DNA from: Felis catus
Taxonomy: Eukaryota
Direction: 5' to 3'
DNA: 64,000 bases
Assembly (NCBI RefSeq): GCF_018350175.1
Contig: NC_058368.1
Coordinates: 171,184,001 to 171,248,000, forward strand
Position 1 is the first letter of the stretch, and each line of letters starts with the position of its first letter. This document shows, in pieces, positions 40,759 through 54,173 of the stretch. The notes under the pieces were generated by a model. That model was not told the DNA's origin, did not search any database, and was given only the letters and a program-made list of their open reading frames with translations. Both the position numbers and the translations under genes were made by a program.

Positions 40759-41059
40759 CTAGCCAAATAAAAACTGACTGGAGTGGTTTGGGTAAAGCTT
40801 CAAAGAAGGCAATCGCAGACGAAGGAAAAGGGCACAGCATTGTCTTGGGAACTGGCTCAAGAGCATTTGGGTCTCAGTCAGTGCTTCTCTCCCCAGCACA
40901 CTTCCATGTCACGCAAAGTGGTTTGATGCCTTTTGTGTGTCTTTCTGCCGCATGCCCCTCGCTACAGACAGCCTTCCCAAATTTTAGGCAGCCATGTCCA
41001 AGGACACTCAGGTTAGGAACATAAGACTGGTCACCTAAGTGTACCCTTTCATTAGAGGT

Positions 41060-41060
<1 letters not shown>

Positions 41061-41094
<34 letters not shown>
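41061..41094. repeat. (CA)n microsatellite
   Basis: Perfect CA run. Confidence 0.98.
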
Positions 41095-41098
<4 letters not shown>

Positions 41099-41562
41099 GT
41101 TAAGTTGTGAGGTACACATGTGGATGAAGCTGAGGGCAAGTAGATGAAAGCCAATTCATGGAATACAGATATACTGGTATATTACTGTGAATATTTTATA
41201 CTTCAAAATATACTAGTAATTATATACAAAAAAATTGTATAAGAACAGAACTATTTAGGTACCCCAGTTTACAAGTTTTATTAGCCTTTCACCCAGGTGT
41301 AATTACTTTGTATTCTAGAATAGATGATTAAGATATAATTCATCTTGCCAAAAAAAGGTATTTGTGTGGCAGGGGAGTGAGAGGGGCAAAGTGAATTGTG
41401 GCCTTTTCTTTCCACCTTACTACAGTTTACATGTTTCTTGGACCTGCCTCGTATTTTGTGGTACCAACAATCATTAAGGCAATTCAGAACACCATCTCTC
41501 AATCCTTCCCACTGCTCTTCTGTCAGAAGATATAACACACTATTAGTCACATGAACCCTATG

Positions 41563-41815
41563 GCCATGGTTTTCAATCAGTTTTAGCCCATAGTAACCCC
41601 ACAACCCAACATATGCCTACACACAGGCTCATACATAATAAAAACATAAACACAATCAAAGCAAACATTTGGTAAAATAAGATTTGTTCTTCCTACCTGT
41701 GTTGCACTCTATTTTCCAATGTTTTCTGTTACAAACGAATCCATTTCATTTTTTAAAATGCTAACAGCAACCAACTAAATTGATTTCAAGGCCCATTAGT
41801 AGGTTACAACCAGTG
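41563..41815 (+). mobile_element. hAT-Charlie remnant (MER119-like)
   Basis: 'ttttaaaatgct...caaccaactaaattgatttcaaggcccattagtaggttacaacc'. Confidence 0.5.
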
Positions 41816-42144
41816 CCTTGGGACATTAAGGGCTTCATCTAGATGCTAATATTCCTAGAAGAGTTGCCCCTGTAAGTTATTATCACCCACGAACACCTTG
41901 TTGTCCATCAGCTCATTATTCATGTAACAAATGTGTTTTGAGCACATGATCCAGGCAGGGGATGTTGGTGGAAGCCAAAAAGAATATAAGGAAAGAACCC
42001 CCCCCCCCCACCTTTAAAAGCTCACCATCAGGGTCCTTTGTTGTAAGCAATAGGAGTCTATTCTGGCTGATATAATATATAGGAGCTATATATTCTATAT
42101 AGTATCTAGTTCTAAATGTAATTATAAAGAGTTATATAGTTACA

Positions 42145-42259
<115 letters not shown>

Positions 42260-42574
42260 GGAAAAGTTTTCTCAGGACTATCAGAAGAGAGAGAGAACCA
42301 GATAGACAGTTGCATGGCCAAAGCCACAATCGTAGGCACATTCTAGAAGTGATCCACAACTACCCTGCTGGCTTTCCAAGCTGCATTCTATGTGGTCAGC
42401 ACCCTGAGCCAGCCCTGGACTCATGGTCACTGCTGTCCTTAGAGAGTCCAGGTAGTGGACAGTGGCTCTTCCCAGTCCTAGGTGGACTATCTTATCACTG
42501 TTTTTCTTAAATACCAGCTCTTGAACCAAAGTCTGCAGTGATTATATGTGTTTGAACTTGGGCCATGTACATTT

Positions 42575-42780
42575 GTATGGTGACTTAGAACTTAGATTCT
42601 GGAATCAAATTCCTTGAGTTCAAATCTTGGCTTTTCAAATTACTTGCTGTGTGACCATGAGCAAGTTACTTTCTCTCTCTGTGCTTCAGGTTCCTGAACG
42701 GCATCAATTTGTTAATAGTATCTACTTCACAAGATTATTGAGGATTAAATGAGTTACTATGTGTCAAGTGCTTAGAAGTG
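42575..42780 (+). mobile_element. MIR SINE
   Basis: 'gagttcaaatcttggct...ttacttgctgtgtgaccatgagcaagttact...tctctgtgcttcag...gaggattaaatgag'. Confidence 0.85.
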
Positions 42781-43694
42781 ATGATGTCTATTACGATGAG
42801 GAGTTGGAAAAGGGAGTATCTGGAGCTTTCAGATTTTATCACGGGAGACAGGCTTAGCACACAATCAAGACCCAAATGATGGGGAAATTTCCAAACCACA
42901 TGATGGCAGTCATAAAAGAATGTCCAATGTCCATTATATAACCTGGTAGACTAGTTTAAAAGATGAGTCAAGTGATGCTCTTGGAGGTCAGGGCTCTGAG
43001 GGAATGAAACCCAGAATGGAATGAAGAGCAAGAACTATGGAGATATCTGCAGCCTTGGAGGCTCTGGACTGGGTAAGCCCTGCTGCCAGAAATCTTGAAA
43101 ACAAACTCTCCAGAGGAAAGTTAGAGTGGAGAAAGAGGGAGGGATAAATGCCAGAGGCTTCCTCAGTTCACAATTTTGCCACGGGCTACTCCTATCCCTC
43201 TCCATCTGACATAATACAGCATTTTGGAGTACAAGTCTTCAAATACTTTTAGTCCTACATCCCCTAAAAGAATTTTGCAAACTATTTACACCCCACAAAT
43301 TTTTAACATCTAGAATTTTTATCATAAATTTAAATAGTTGAAAAGGTTGTGATTTCTGGAATATAATATACATGCTTTAAATAGATTTTCCTCAAAATCT
43401 TGAAGTCTCAGACTTAGCTTTTTTAATTTATAGAAATTGTCTGTCCTTAGGGGGAAAATAGCAATTAAAGCACTCACTTTCAAATCTGTTGGGCAAAACA
43501 GACTTAATTTTTGTCAGAAAAAAAATATCTGACATTGTATTTTAATTGAAATGCATGTATTAATCTGTGTTCCTGGTTAACCATCTGACTTCTGAATTCC
43601 ACTTCTAACACATATAATGGAAGCAAGGAGTCTTGACTTTAGTTTGAAACCTGATGAAATAACATGTTTCTCACTTAAGATTTTTCTATTACAA

Positions 43695-43695
<1 letters not shown>

Positions 43696-43777
<82 letters not shown>
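43696..43777. repeat. Compound (CT)n(CA)n microsatellite
   Basis: Directly visible. Confidence 0.98.
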
Positions 43778-43779
<2 letters not shown>

Positions 43780-45919
43780 GCTCCCTATGAGCTGTGAAGT
43801 CTCAAATTGTCCCTTGGGCACCTTGATAGTCCTGAACAATGCATCAGAGTCAAATTTAGAATGAATAAAGTGGGAGGGAGGTAACTATAGAAGGAGAGAT
43901 GGGAAGAGAGAACCTATAGATTACAGACATATTCTTAGGTGGCCAATTTAAGAAAGAATTCATTTAGAAGTTAAAGAATGGAAGTTTGTTCCTTAAAACA
44001 ATCCTAGCTTACATACTGTCTGGAAAATGTTCATGTATCCCCTGCACTATGTGTGTCCCAGTTTAAAACACGCACACACGCACACCTATTCTGGAACATT
44101 GTCTAACATGGCACTCTTTAAATCATTATACACTTGTTTTCCATTAGGATAGATGTAATAAATGTGTATGTTTTGTATCTAGAATTAGAGCCAATCAGGG
44201 CCAATATGGTAGAGTAGGTAACACTCTTCTCCCTAATCCCACCCCCCCCAACAAAAAAAGGAAAAGGATCATTTAGCAAATGATATTTTAGATGATACAC
44301 TTATTTCTGCTGTCTTGCAAGTAGAAATAACTGCATCACATGATCAAGATTAAACCAATCGCAGGCAAGAGGAGAATTACCATGAGTGACTTATATAGAT
44401 CGAGATGTATTCCTGAGTGAGCGATCAGCATATCTATCCTGAGGTAGATACTGAAACAGATTAGAGTTTCCTTTGCAAGAAAGAGAGGAAAATGGCTATT
44501 GGATTGACCATGAACAGGTAGCTAGCTGTGGGAGCTTAACTTTTTATGGGGTCCTACAACGCCTTTAGTTTCAAATCAATCTTGGCAAAATAATCTTGTG
44601 AAATGATATGAATATTTTATAAAGTGCTATGCCTTTTGAAGCAAATATATAATCCACACAAGGCAAACTTTAAGACAGTACGGAATTTTGCCAAAGCCCT
44701 TTAATGGAAAAGCCAATGGGTTGAGGAATCAAGAAGTCCTTAGTCCTCCACCTACCCTGGTGGTCAGCCTCAGGGCCTCAGAAGCCAACAACAGCAAACC
44801 ACGTCTACAGAGGTCTGGCCTCTGGTCAAGGGCCTTTCCCCACCACATGCTCTAAGGAGCTTGTGCTGGCCACAAATATTTAGACACTTTTAAGCTCGAT
44901 TCCCTGATTTTGTCAAATTTTTTTTTTTAATCTTTCTTTCTCTTTACATGTGCATGACTGACAGAATTCTATAGGAAATAAGAAATCTGTACAGCAACTT
45001 TTACACAATTTCAGGGCTCACAAAATCCTTAGGGAATTAATTCTGTGTACTGGAATTCCTATGCTACTCCATTTGTCATGGTAACTCCTGTGTGGCAAAC
45101 AATGTTTTCTACTCCCAGTCATTCACTTGCTCCTTGAGTGATTAGAAACTGAAATCCTTAGGTAGACTCAAAGCTAAATAAGTACATGAGTGAATGAGGA
45201 AAGGAAGGAAGGGAAGTAGTAAGAAAAACATACTAAATGCAAAGCACCTAGCCAAATTCCTCTGCAGTAAGCAAGTTTAGCCTTTCTCCTAAGAAGGGCA
45301 GATATTTTTGCTTTTTTCTCTCCCTTCAGTTCCCTTGAATTTGTCTCAAGCAGTTGTCCAGCAGTTGTAAAAACTCCATGAAATTACTAAAACGGATTGA
45401 AGCTGAGACATGACAAAATGCTGGAGAGATTCACTTTGGGTGAGCAATGCTGAAAACCTGAATAGCTCTGCAGGTCTCAGGAGCATAGAGAAGCAAGAGC
45501 AATGCCTTATGCAGGGCTCTAATTTAGCAAGAGCATTGAGAAGTTTGAAACTGAGGAGAAATAACATATAAGACAGCCAATTCAATACTAGACCATTTAA
45601 TACACAGCTCAAGACTTTGCTTTCAGTGTTAGGCTTCCATGAGGACAAATGGCAAATTTTACTCTGTTAATAACACCAAATGAGAAGAAATGTAGCCCTA
45701 CCCCTACCCCCACTGGTATAATAGTTCTCTTGTGAGTGGTGAATTTAGTTTCATCTCTAACCTGTTCTTCCAACAACACTGAATATTATTAAAGATGTGT
45801 CTTGAGATTATATTTTCTCATTTTTTTAGACCTTTTAACTAGAATGAGTTTTATATAAACAACAACTGAGGGGTTCCCCAGATTTGATCTTCTGTCTAAA
45901 GTATAAGCCTTTATATTCT

Positions 45920-46144
45920 TTTTTTTAAATTTTTTAAAATGTTTTTTATTTATTTTTGAGACAGAGAGAGACACACCATGAGCAGGGGAGGAGCAGAGAG
46001 AGAGGGAGACACAGAATCTGAAGCAGGCTCCGGGCTCTGAGCTGTCAGCACAGAGCCCAACGCGGGGCTCAAACTCATGGACTGTGAGATCATGACCTGA
46101 ACTGAAGTTGGACGCCCAACCAACTGAGCCACCCAGGCGTCCCC
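45920..46144 (-). mobile_element. CAN-SINE (SINEC_Fc, young)
   Basis: Perfect 15-bp TSD aagcctttatattct at 45905-45919 and 46145-46159. Confidence 0.97.
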
Positions 46145-46745
46145 AAGCCTTTATATTCTACAAAAGAGGTGACATTGTCCTGCACGCATGGCATGGTGAC
46201 TGGAAGACTGTTATGGAGGGAGGTGAAAGATCCATGGCAATCTACCTGTTCATTGTCAACCTAGTAGTCATTTCCTGCCCTTCCTTGTAAAGGGAACTCT
46301 AATCTGTTTCAGGGTCCACCACCTCAGGGCACATGTCCTGACCCTGAGTCTACAAAAGTCTACCTAAGACACTCGTGGCCATCTCCCTCCTCTTGTCTGT
46401 GATTGGTTTAGTCTTGAGCATATGATGTAGTTCTGACCCACTAGCAAGACAGAAAGCCACGGAGAGCTCCCAACAAAGGTTCCTTTATGCAAAAATCATG
46501 ACACCAAGAAGATGCAATCCATTTGTTCTTCTGGATATTGTGACTGGACAGGACAGCTGGTATTTGTGCAGTCATTTCACAACTATGTTGGGAACTAACC
46601 TGAACACAAAGCCAAGTCATTAAGCATGGCAGAACAGAAGATGGAAACAACTTGGATTCTTGATGATGGCATTGATGTGCTGAACTAAATAGTCTAGGCA
46701 GTGCCCTATTTTGCCTCTTCTCATGTCCTTGTTATTTAAACCTCC

Positions 46746-47270
46746 TGTGGTAGCTTTAACATATGTCCACAATTCTTTCACTCTTTTCCTTCTAGGAGGT
46801 GGAACCTAAATCTCCTCGAGTGTGAGCTGGACTTAGTGACTCACTTCTAAGTGAATAAAGCACAAGTGACAGTATACAACCTCAGAGACAAGATCTTGAA
46901 AGGCACCACAGCTTCCTTTTCACTCTCTCTCTCTCTCCCCCTATCACTCATGTTCAGTGAAGCTAGCTATCATGTCATGAACATGCACAAGCAGCCTAAG
47001 GAGACATACATGTGGTGAGGAACTGAGGTCACCTGCCAAGAGACATGTAGGTGAGCCATCTTGGAAACACACCTTCCAGTCCCAGCCAGGCCTCAAGATG
47101 ACTGCAGTCTCTGCCTACATCCTGACTACAACTTCCTAAGAGACTCTTAGCCAGAACAATCCGGCTAAGTCATTCCTGAATTCCCAGCTCACAGAGACTG
47201 TGACACCTTTGTCGTTTTAACAAACTACATATGGGGAAATTGTTGTACAACAGTAGATAGTGAGGATACT
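46746..47270 (+). mobile_element. MaLR solo LTR (MLT1F/G-like), adjacent to an older MLT1 remnant (~46250-46740)
   Basis: 'tgtggtagct...gagctggacttagtgactcacttctaa...catgtggtgaggaactgagg...gtgagccatcttggaa...cctcaagatgactgcag'. Confidence 0.8.
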
Positions 47271-50200
47271 TTTTAAAATTCGGTCTAACATTTTCTGACA
47301 AAGGTATGTTAATTAATAAAATGCTCTAAAAGACAGCATTCCAAAGCCACAGAGTTACAGGTCCTCTGGTTCGTTTTCCTTCTCTAAAAGTCTATATAAT
47401 GCTATCTGAGATAAAGAGACATCTTTCTCATCAGGCCTTCCAAAAAAGGAGCTAACAGTTGCTCCAGGGGCTTTACTTTCACAACCATCTGGTGAGAGGC
47501 TAAAATCCCTCTGGTCATGATTAAACAATTGCATCTCATTGCATCCCTAGAATTGACTAGTGTTTCCCAAACTCTCTGACATAAAAAGGATCCTGAATAA
47601 TATTAACAGATATTCTACCAAAAAAAAGGAGAGGAAAACTAGAGACTCAAAATATGTACACAGCATATTGAACAGTTCAGAAAAGTTTTTCAACAAAGAC
47701 ACCCGCTTCGCTTTTGTTTAACCCAGAATTTCTCAAGTTTAAGGTGACCATAAACTGTCCCCTTCATGCTCCTTCCCCCTCAACAAAAATACCTATAAGC
47801 ATTGCTTGGGATATAAATTTTCTTCAGAACGTAGGGAAACATGAGTGTGGATGAGAAAGAGCTCATCACAATACACTGAATGAATGTATTAGCATGAATG
47901 ATCAAAATAATCCAGCACTATACTCAAAATACCATAACCATCCTACAGAGACACAGTCACATCCACTATCTGAGTAATCCAAAGTATCTAAGTTTAGACT
48001 TAGATTACAAGTCAGAAATGGTACAAGTCAAGAATTACCAATGTGCAATCAGTAGCAAAATAGGACTCATGCACATTTACTCAAAATTAAAGTGCTTTTC
48101 TCCAAAAAGATTAGTTTCTTCATTCCCATTATGCAAAAAAAAAAAAAAAAAATCTGTTCCCCCTTTTAAAATGTTTAGTATTTCAGATGAATGTTTCCTC
48201 TCAAATATTTGGTATATGGAAAAAAACCTCTTAAAGAGAATTTTGAAATATTGATATCTGGTATGTAAGACCCCAAATGAGCACACCAATGCTAGTTAAA
48301 ACTCAAATAATTCACTGATGATGCAGGCAATGCAGCCAATAGAGCCAAGGAAGCCAAGCTCTCTTGACTGGTAGTGCCAGTCCTTGGACTGTATCCTTCT
48401 GTTAAGCCCACAAATCAAGTGAAGCAAGCCCCACACTCCTGAATAAGTAGGAAGATCACATAGCAGTTCATTAGGACTTGCCCCAACCAGACATGGTCAC
48501 ATAAGGTAGATGGTTCTGCTCTGGAGTTGGGCCAAATGTGACATGACCAGAATACCTCTAACTTCTTAGTATTACACTCTTTTGCCTCTTAAAAATCAAA
48601 CCCACAATTATTTAATCCTTCAGCAAAAATGAGATTTATGAAGAGAAATGTATGCAAGTGGGTATGTGAGGAGCCCTACTTCCCCCTCCATCCTCATAGG
48701 TCTCTATCTTTGATTCCTGATGTTTCACCATGCCCACCGTATTGATTCAAGCAAGGGCATGAATCCTTTTCTTAGTCCCCTTAGTACAAATGGAGATATG
48801 CTGTCATTTGGGAAAGTATCTGACATCTAAAAAGGGATCCCCCAAAGAAAATAAACTGATTAATTATGGAGTAATGTTTGAGTGGTCAAGTTTCAAAAGG
48901 ATGGGATTCTGAAGCTACAGCTATACATTGGCCCTAATGGCTAGTAAATCTGTTTGGACTCCTTCCTGGTTTCTTCTGTTAGTTACCCCTTAAGTGGTTA
49001 GCCCTTTCCCTATAATCCTTTATTGACAGAGTGTATTACCATCTGAGTCAAGGATAAAATGGCTATCTTCTTTCTCACCCACATCCATTACCCTGAACTA
49101 TCCAAGTTCCTTATTTTCTGTGACATGAGAGATTCTCATCTACAGCTTTCTTAACTTAGCATATCCAATGGTCAGCAAACCCATGAAGGGTATTATTGCA
49201 CAGTTCCAAAATCTCTAAGAGCTTCAAGGCACCTGTACCATTCATTTTTCTTTGCTTGAGAGAAAAACAGATATTGCATGGTAGACTGCGCTCACAAAGA
49301 GAACTCACAGCTACTACTCTAGAAGCTAGGGAGGACTTAGATGGTGTCAGAAACCAGAGATGGTCCATGAATGGCATCACACAGGACCTGAACAGACCTT
49401 GGCTGCCTTAGTCTAGCTTCTCCGTTGAGCCAGACATGAGTGACTCTGAGACTTTTCCTGGACTCTCAGGTGAAAGAAAATGTGCCTGCAGTTCCAGGAT
49501 GGGAACCAGCCCACACTGCCGACTGCCTTAAGCAATGAGCTACTTAGTATTTGATTTATGCGAGGCCCAACAGAGATTTATTCCAAGTGGACTGTTGTGC
49601 CAGTGCAGGTGCCTGAGAAACCTGGAGATAGTAGGACTGTCCTGGAAGGACAGAGAACATCATGGGGGGAACAAGCAGCAAACCCAAGATGGAGGAGGCA
49701 GTAACTTTAGCGAGACTTACCTACACAACTTTGAGAGGCTGAAGAATAGATCACCCACACGGCCAGATGCTGCTTTGCCTGTGGGAGTTACTGTCCTCGA
49801 AGAACACATTCTGGATGGAGACGCAAAGCATGGTGATGTGGGTGAGTAGGAGGAGCTTGAGAGGGCCACCTAGAAAAGAAAGAGGACTTTTATAGGATTT
49901 TTGGGGGTAGTTTTAGTAATTATTTTTCTAGAAGAGAAATGTAGATGTACAGCATTTTTGAAAGCTAACTGATAATTTCCCACCAATATTTCCCCACTTT
50001 TCCCTTCCCTACCTTACACTCAGAGCCACCAGGCTGTGTACATAACCACATGGAAGAGAGGTGACAGCAAAAAGGTAGAGATTAAAAAAAATATTCTATC
50101 CAATCCCCAAACACTAAAAGAGAGAAGCTGTTTACTTAATGTAGGAAATAGGACCTTAGACAACACCCTAGAGATCTCTATACCCTAGCATGGTTTGCAC

Positions 50201-50596
50201 TTACCAAAGAATACCAATAGACCTGGAAGGCCAGGAGCAAAGGAACAAGAGAATCTCAACAGACCCACAGAGACCAAGGACTGATACCTAGAGAGGAGGA
50301 TGGACATTCCCAGCAGGGAAAGATGCTGCCCAGACAAATGCAGCTTTACCCCCTTCCACACAGTAGTACTTACTACACATGTACTTTGAAATGTAGCTAT
50401 AAATCTTAGGGGATGAGGGAATGAGGACATCTTAAGTTTGTGCCATGTCAATGAAATAAAATAAAAATTAATTGAACTGTGGGGGGAAAATAAGGTCTTG
50501 TCTTATTTGAGGTAAGATTATTCGTGCAACAATTACATTAAAAATGTAGGCTATAATTGTAATTCCCACCCCTTTTTCAGAAATGTAAAGTGTACA

Positions 50597-50812
50597 TTTT
50601 TTTTTAATATGAAATTTGTTGTCAAATTGGTTTCCATACAACACCCAGTGCTCATCCCAACAGATGCCCTCCTCAATTCCCATCACCCACTTTACCCTCC
50701 CTCCCACCCCCATCAACCCTTAGTTTATTCTCAGTTTTTAAGAGTCTCTCTCTCTCGTGCTCTAGTTTCTCTTCAGATCGCATAAACACTCTTTTAAGAG
50801 TCTCTTATGGTT
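50597..50812 (-). mobile_element. Felid L1 (L1_Fc-like) extreme 3' end, interrupted by a U5 fragment
   Basis: Poly(T), then 'aatatgaaattt...gtcaaattggtttccatacaacacccagtgctcatccc...tttattctcagtttttaagagtctct...tatggtt'. Confidence 0.9.
50757..50786 (+). pseudogene. 3'-truncated (tailless) U5 snRNA retro-fragment
   Basis: gtgctctagtttctcttcagatcgcataaa matches the recalled U5 5' end ATACTCTGGTTTCTCTTCAGATCGCATAAA at 27/30 positions; flanked by the direct repeat ttttaagagtctct (50736-50749, 50792-50805). Confidence 0.85.
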
Positions 50813-50880
50813 CTTAGAAGAAGGGAATACAGTCCACTATCATTTTAATGGTATGTTCTAGGCACATGTGAATAAGAGTC

Positions 50881-51312
50881 TGTAGTAGTTTTCTGTAGCT
50901 GCCATAACCACGGATCACAAACTGGGTGGTTTCAACAACAGAAAGTCATTCTCTCATAGTTCTATAGACTAGAAGTCAGAAATCAAGGGGTCAGCAGGAC
51001 CATGCTTTCTCTGAAGGCTCAAAGAGAGAATCCTTCCTTGCCTCTTCCTAGTTTCTGGTGTGGTTGTTGGCAATCCTTGGTACCCCATGGCTCATAAACA
51101 CATCACTCCAATCTCTGCCTCATCCCTGTCTTCCACATATTCTCTTCCATGTCTGTCACTGTGCCTCTTAAGTACACCAGTCATACTGAATTACAGGGTA
51201 TGGTCATCTTACCTAATTACATCGACAATAGCCCTATTTCCAAATAAAGTCACATTCTGAGCTTCTGGAGATAGCATGAATTTGGGGAAGGGGGCACTGT
51301 TCAATCCAGTAT
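50881..51312 (-). mobile_element. MaLR solo LTR (MLT1C-like)
   Basis: 'tgtagtagttttctgtagctgccataac...cacaaactgggtgg...gagagaatccttccttgcctcttcctag...ccctatttccaaataaagtcacattctgag'. Confidence 0.88.
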
Positions 51313-53309
51313 AGTACCCATTGCCATGCTGCCTTCACAGCTGCATCCCAAATGCACAATTAAAATCCTCTTAATTCTCTACAGAGAGAGCAGAGACCAA
51401 AGGACAACTTTTGACAAATTTTCTACTAAAGGAGCATAGAAAAGTCATTGAAATGTAGCAAAGTAAATTATAATCCTACTAGCCATGGTTCCTTTCAACG
51501 TCAGCAGTTCTAGGCCCATCCAGGTATCTCCTTGACTAATCCAAGAGCGGATTCCATGGACAGAAACCAACTTATTCCCACCAATGAAAGTATTCTTGAC
51601 TCTTTGGTCTTGGAAAGTAGACTTGAGGCCCCAGAGAACTGTTTATCCTTCCCTAGGGTCCAGGGTCTAATTCCCTTTCATTTTCTACTCTTGGACGAAT
51701 TTTTTTTTTTTTTTTAACAAGATAACTGGCAATAGTAATGTCCCTTCAGGAGAATAGTACCTTCTACCTTCAGAAGAAGAGAGTGGTCTTATGTAATTAA
51801 TTAAGAAAGAAAGAAAGAAAGAAAGTCTTACTATCATTCATGACATAATTACAGCAGAGCTTAGAAGTTACACTTCAGTACATTCTGAGGTTTTCAGTTT
51901 TAAAGGACACCAAAAATTAAGACGACAATCTTATTCAGTTAACTTAGCAACTCAATGTAGCTTCCAGGAGTCCAGGGGTCACATCTGTCTTTCTCACTAG
52001 AGTAATTCCCACAGCAGAATCCTCCATGTGATAAGTGAGCTCAACCACAATTCACTGAACGAATGAATCAAAGTTGAATTGTACAAGCCTTTTAAATGCT
52101 TTTTTTGATCTCCTCCCCAGCATAAAGTAATGATCATTCCTACTCTCCCTTTCAAATACAAAGCTCCTACACAGAACTCTCAACACTTACTCCCTTCTCC
52201 CCACAAAATCATACATTACCCGGGGAAAAAGTATCAGCATAAGGCACAGCTATTTAACTGCACACAGAGGAAAGAAACATGAAACATCCTTCCTCCCCCC
52301 AAAAGCAACTAAGTTCTAGCAGACACCGCTCTGGTTAAAGATAAGGCAACTATGTAAATTATAAAATAGAACTCCTGGGTAACCAAAGGACCCATCTATT
52401 TTCCCCAAACAAAGGAATATCCTCTTCCCAGGTCTCTGATTCTATCTAGAAATGTGTCAAGGACATTTTTCTGGCTTCTCTACTTCCATCCTTGTGCCCC
52501 ATCTGCCCTTCCTCCTGTCCTACCAGGTAGCTCTCCATCCGGGTTGACACCAGCCTCTTATCCACACCCCTTGTGGGTTCACTGGGCCCACCATTCTGCA
52601 GCTCCAATCCACCTGCCTGTTTAAGATTTAGGTTGTCCAAAACTGACCATTGACTTTTGACCTGCTATTGACTTCTCAGTCTTTCCTTTTGAAATGCTCC
52701 TTATGCTGACTTCTGCCATTTCTGGCTTCCCTGTCTTGCTCATGTAATTTAACCTCAACATCTATCTGCCCCTCTGCCTTCTGACTCCTCTCTGGCTCAG
52801 CTTTCCTTCAGTATTTCCTCTGGCCTTGTGTCTATCCAGCCCTTCTTAGATTACCAGTCACCCTGGCCGTAGCCTTTGAGTTCTTGTAGTAACACACTCC
52901 TCCCTGGCCATCCTCCCCAAGGACACTAGACTTCTGTCTCTCACTATCCACCTCACTGGGCACTGCAATCCTTTGTCCATATTCCTTGTCTGTAATATGA
53001 AGACCTTCACAAATGGATCCTTACATCCTCTCCCTGTTCTACTTGCTGCACATGAGGATTATCATACGGGTCATCAGATTACTGAACACTAATTATCCAA
53101 CACTAAAGTTGGATAAACACTTTATAAACCCAAACTACCCAAATCTACACTGTGAGATATTGTCAGTAACTGCATCTCATTTTTGTTTTATTTTATAATA
53201 GATTATACAGTTTTTAGTTCAATTTAAAAAAGTTAATCTTAGCATCTAGACAAGTGAAATTTGAACTTAAAAATTTTCTAAGTTTGCTTCTTCCTTGAGA
53301 AAGAACAGT

Positions 53310-53555
53310 ATGAGTATGAGCTCTGTAAGCAGATGGTCTTGTTTGAGTCTTAAATCTGTCACTTACTATATGCATGTCTTCTGGAGCAAATTACCTAAAC
53401 TATGCCTCATTTTTTTCATCCAGAAACTGGGAATGATACTATTTCTAACTTCAAAGGCCTATTATAAGGTTGAAATGCCTTCAAACATGTAAAGGGCTTA
53501 CAACAGAATTTAGAGCATAAAAAGCTTTCCATGAGTACTCACTACCATTATTATT
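53310..53555 (+). mobile_element. MIR SINE
   Basis: 'tcacttacta...ctggagcaaattacctaaac...tgcctcatttttttcatc...tgggaatgatacta'. Confidence 0.7.
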
Positions 53556-54173
53556 GTTCCTGATTGAAGACTCAATCTACTGCAGTCAGCAGCTCAGAGG
53601 TCATCCATGAACTGTAACAATACTCGCAGAACCTTCTGGCAAAGCAATTAAGAAAGATGATGGCATCTCTATTACAAATATGTAGAAGTCTTTATTGGGG
53701 GGAAAAAAAGAGTGGAGCCCTACTGTCATGCCTTACAATAGCTGGAAAAGCAGTCCGGATCAGTCCATCACTGGAGAGGTTCTGATCTTACTACTTTAGC
53801 CATAAATCTAAGTAGACTCACAGATTGTTTTTTAATCAATAGTACCTAGAAACCATCTTCTTCTTTCCTTTTCTACCACTCTCCTCACAATAACTTTTAT
53901 TCCTGATACAGAGTCCATGGATCCTCACATCCTCAAGCATGGAATACCATCTAGCAAACAAGCCAAATTCCTTACCAAGACTGAGGACTTCTCATAGCAC
54001 ACATTTGACACATTAGGTAGGTCATAGGAATAGGGATTCTGGCCTTATCCCTTTTGGAATGATGGGGAAAAATATAAGAAGCTCTCATTTCTTACAGAGA
54101 CATTAACATCATAACCAAAGTACCAATTTCCTTTTAAAGATATTTTAGAACAATCATCATTTTCCTCAGATGA

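Noticed and set aside
49535..49849. 104-aa plus-strand ORF as a CDS
   Set aside because: No recognisable domain, and the length is within chance expectation; only the splice and small-ORF signals are kept as findings.
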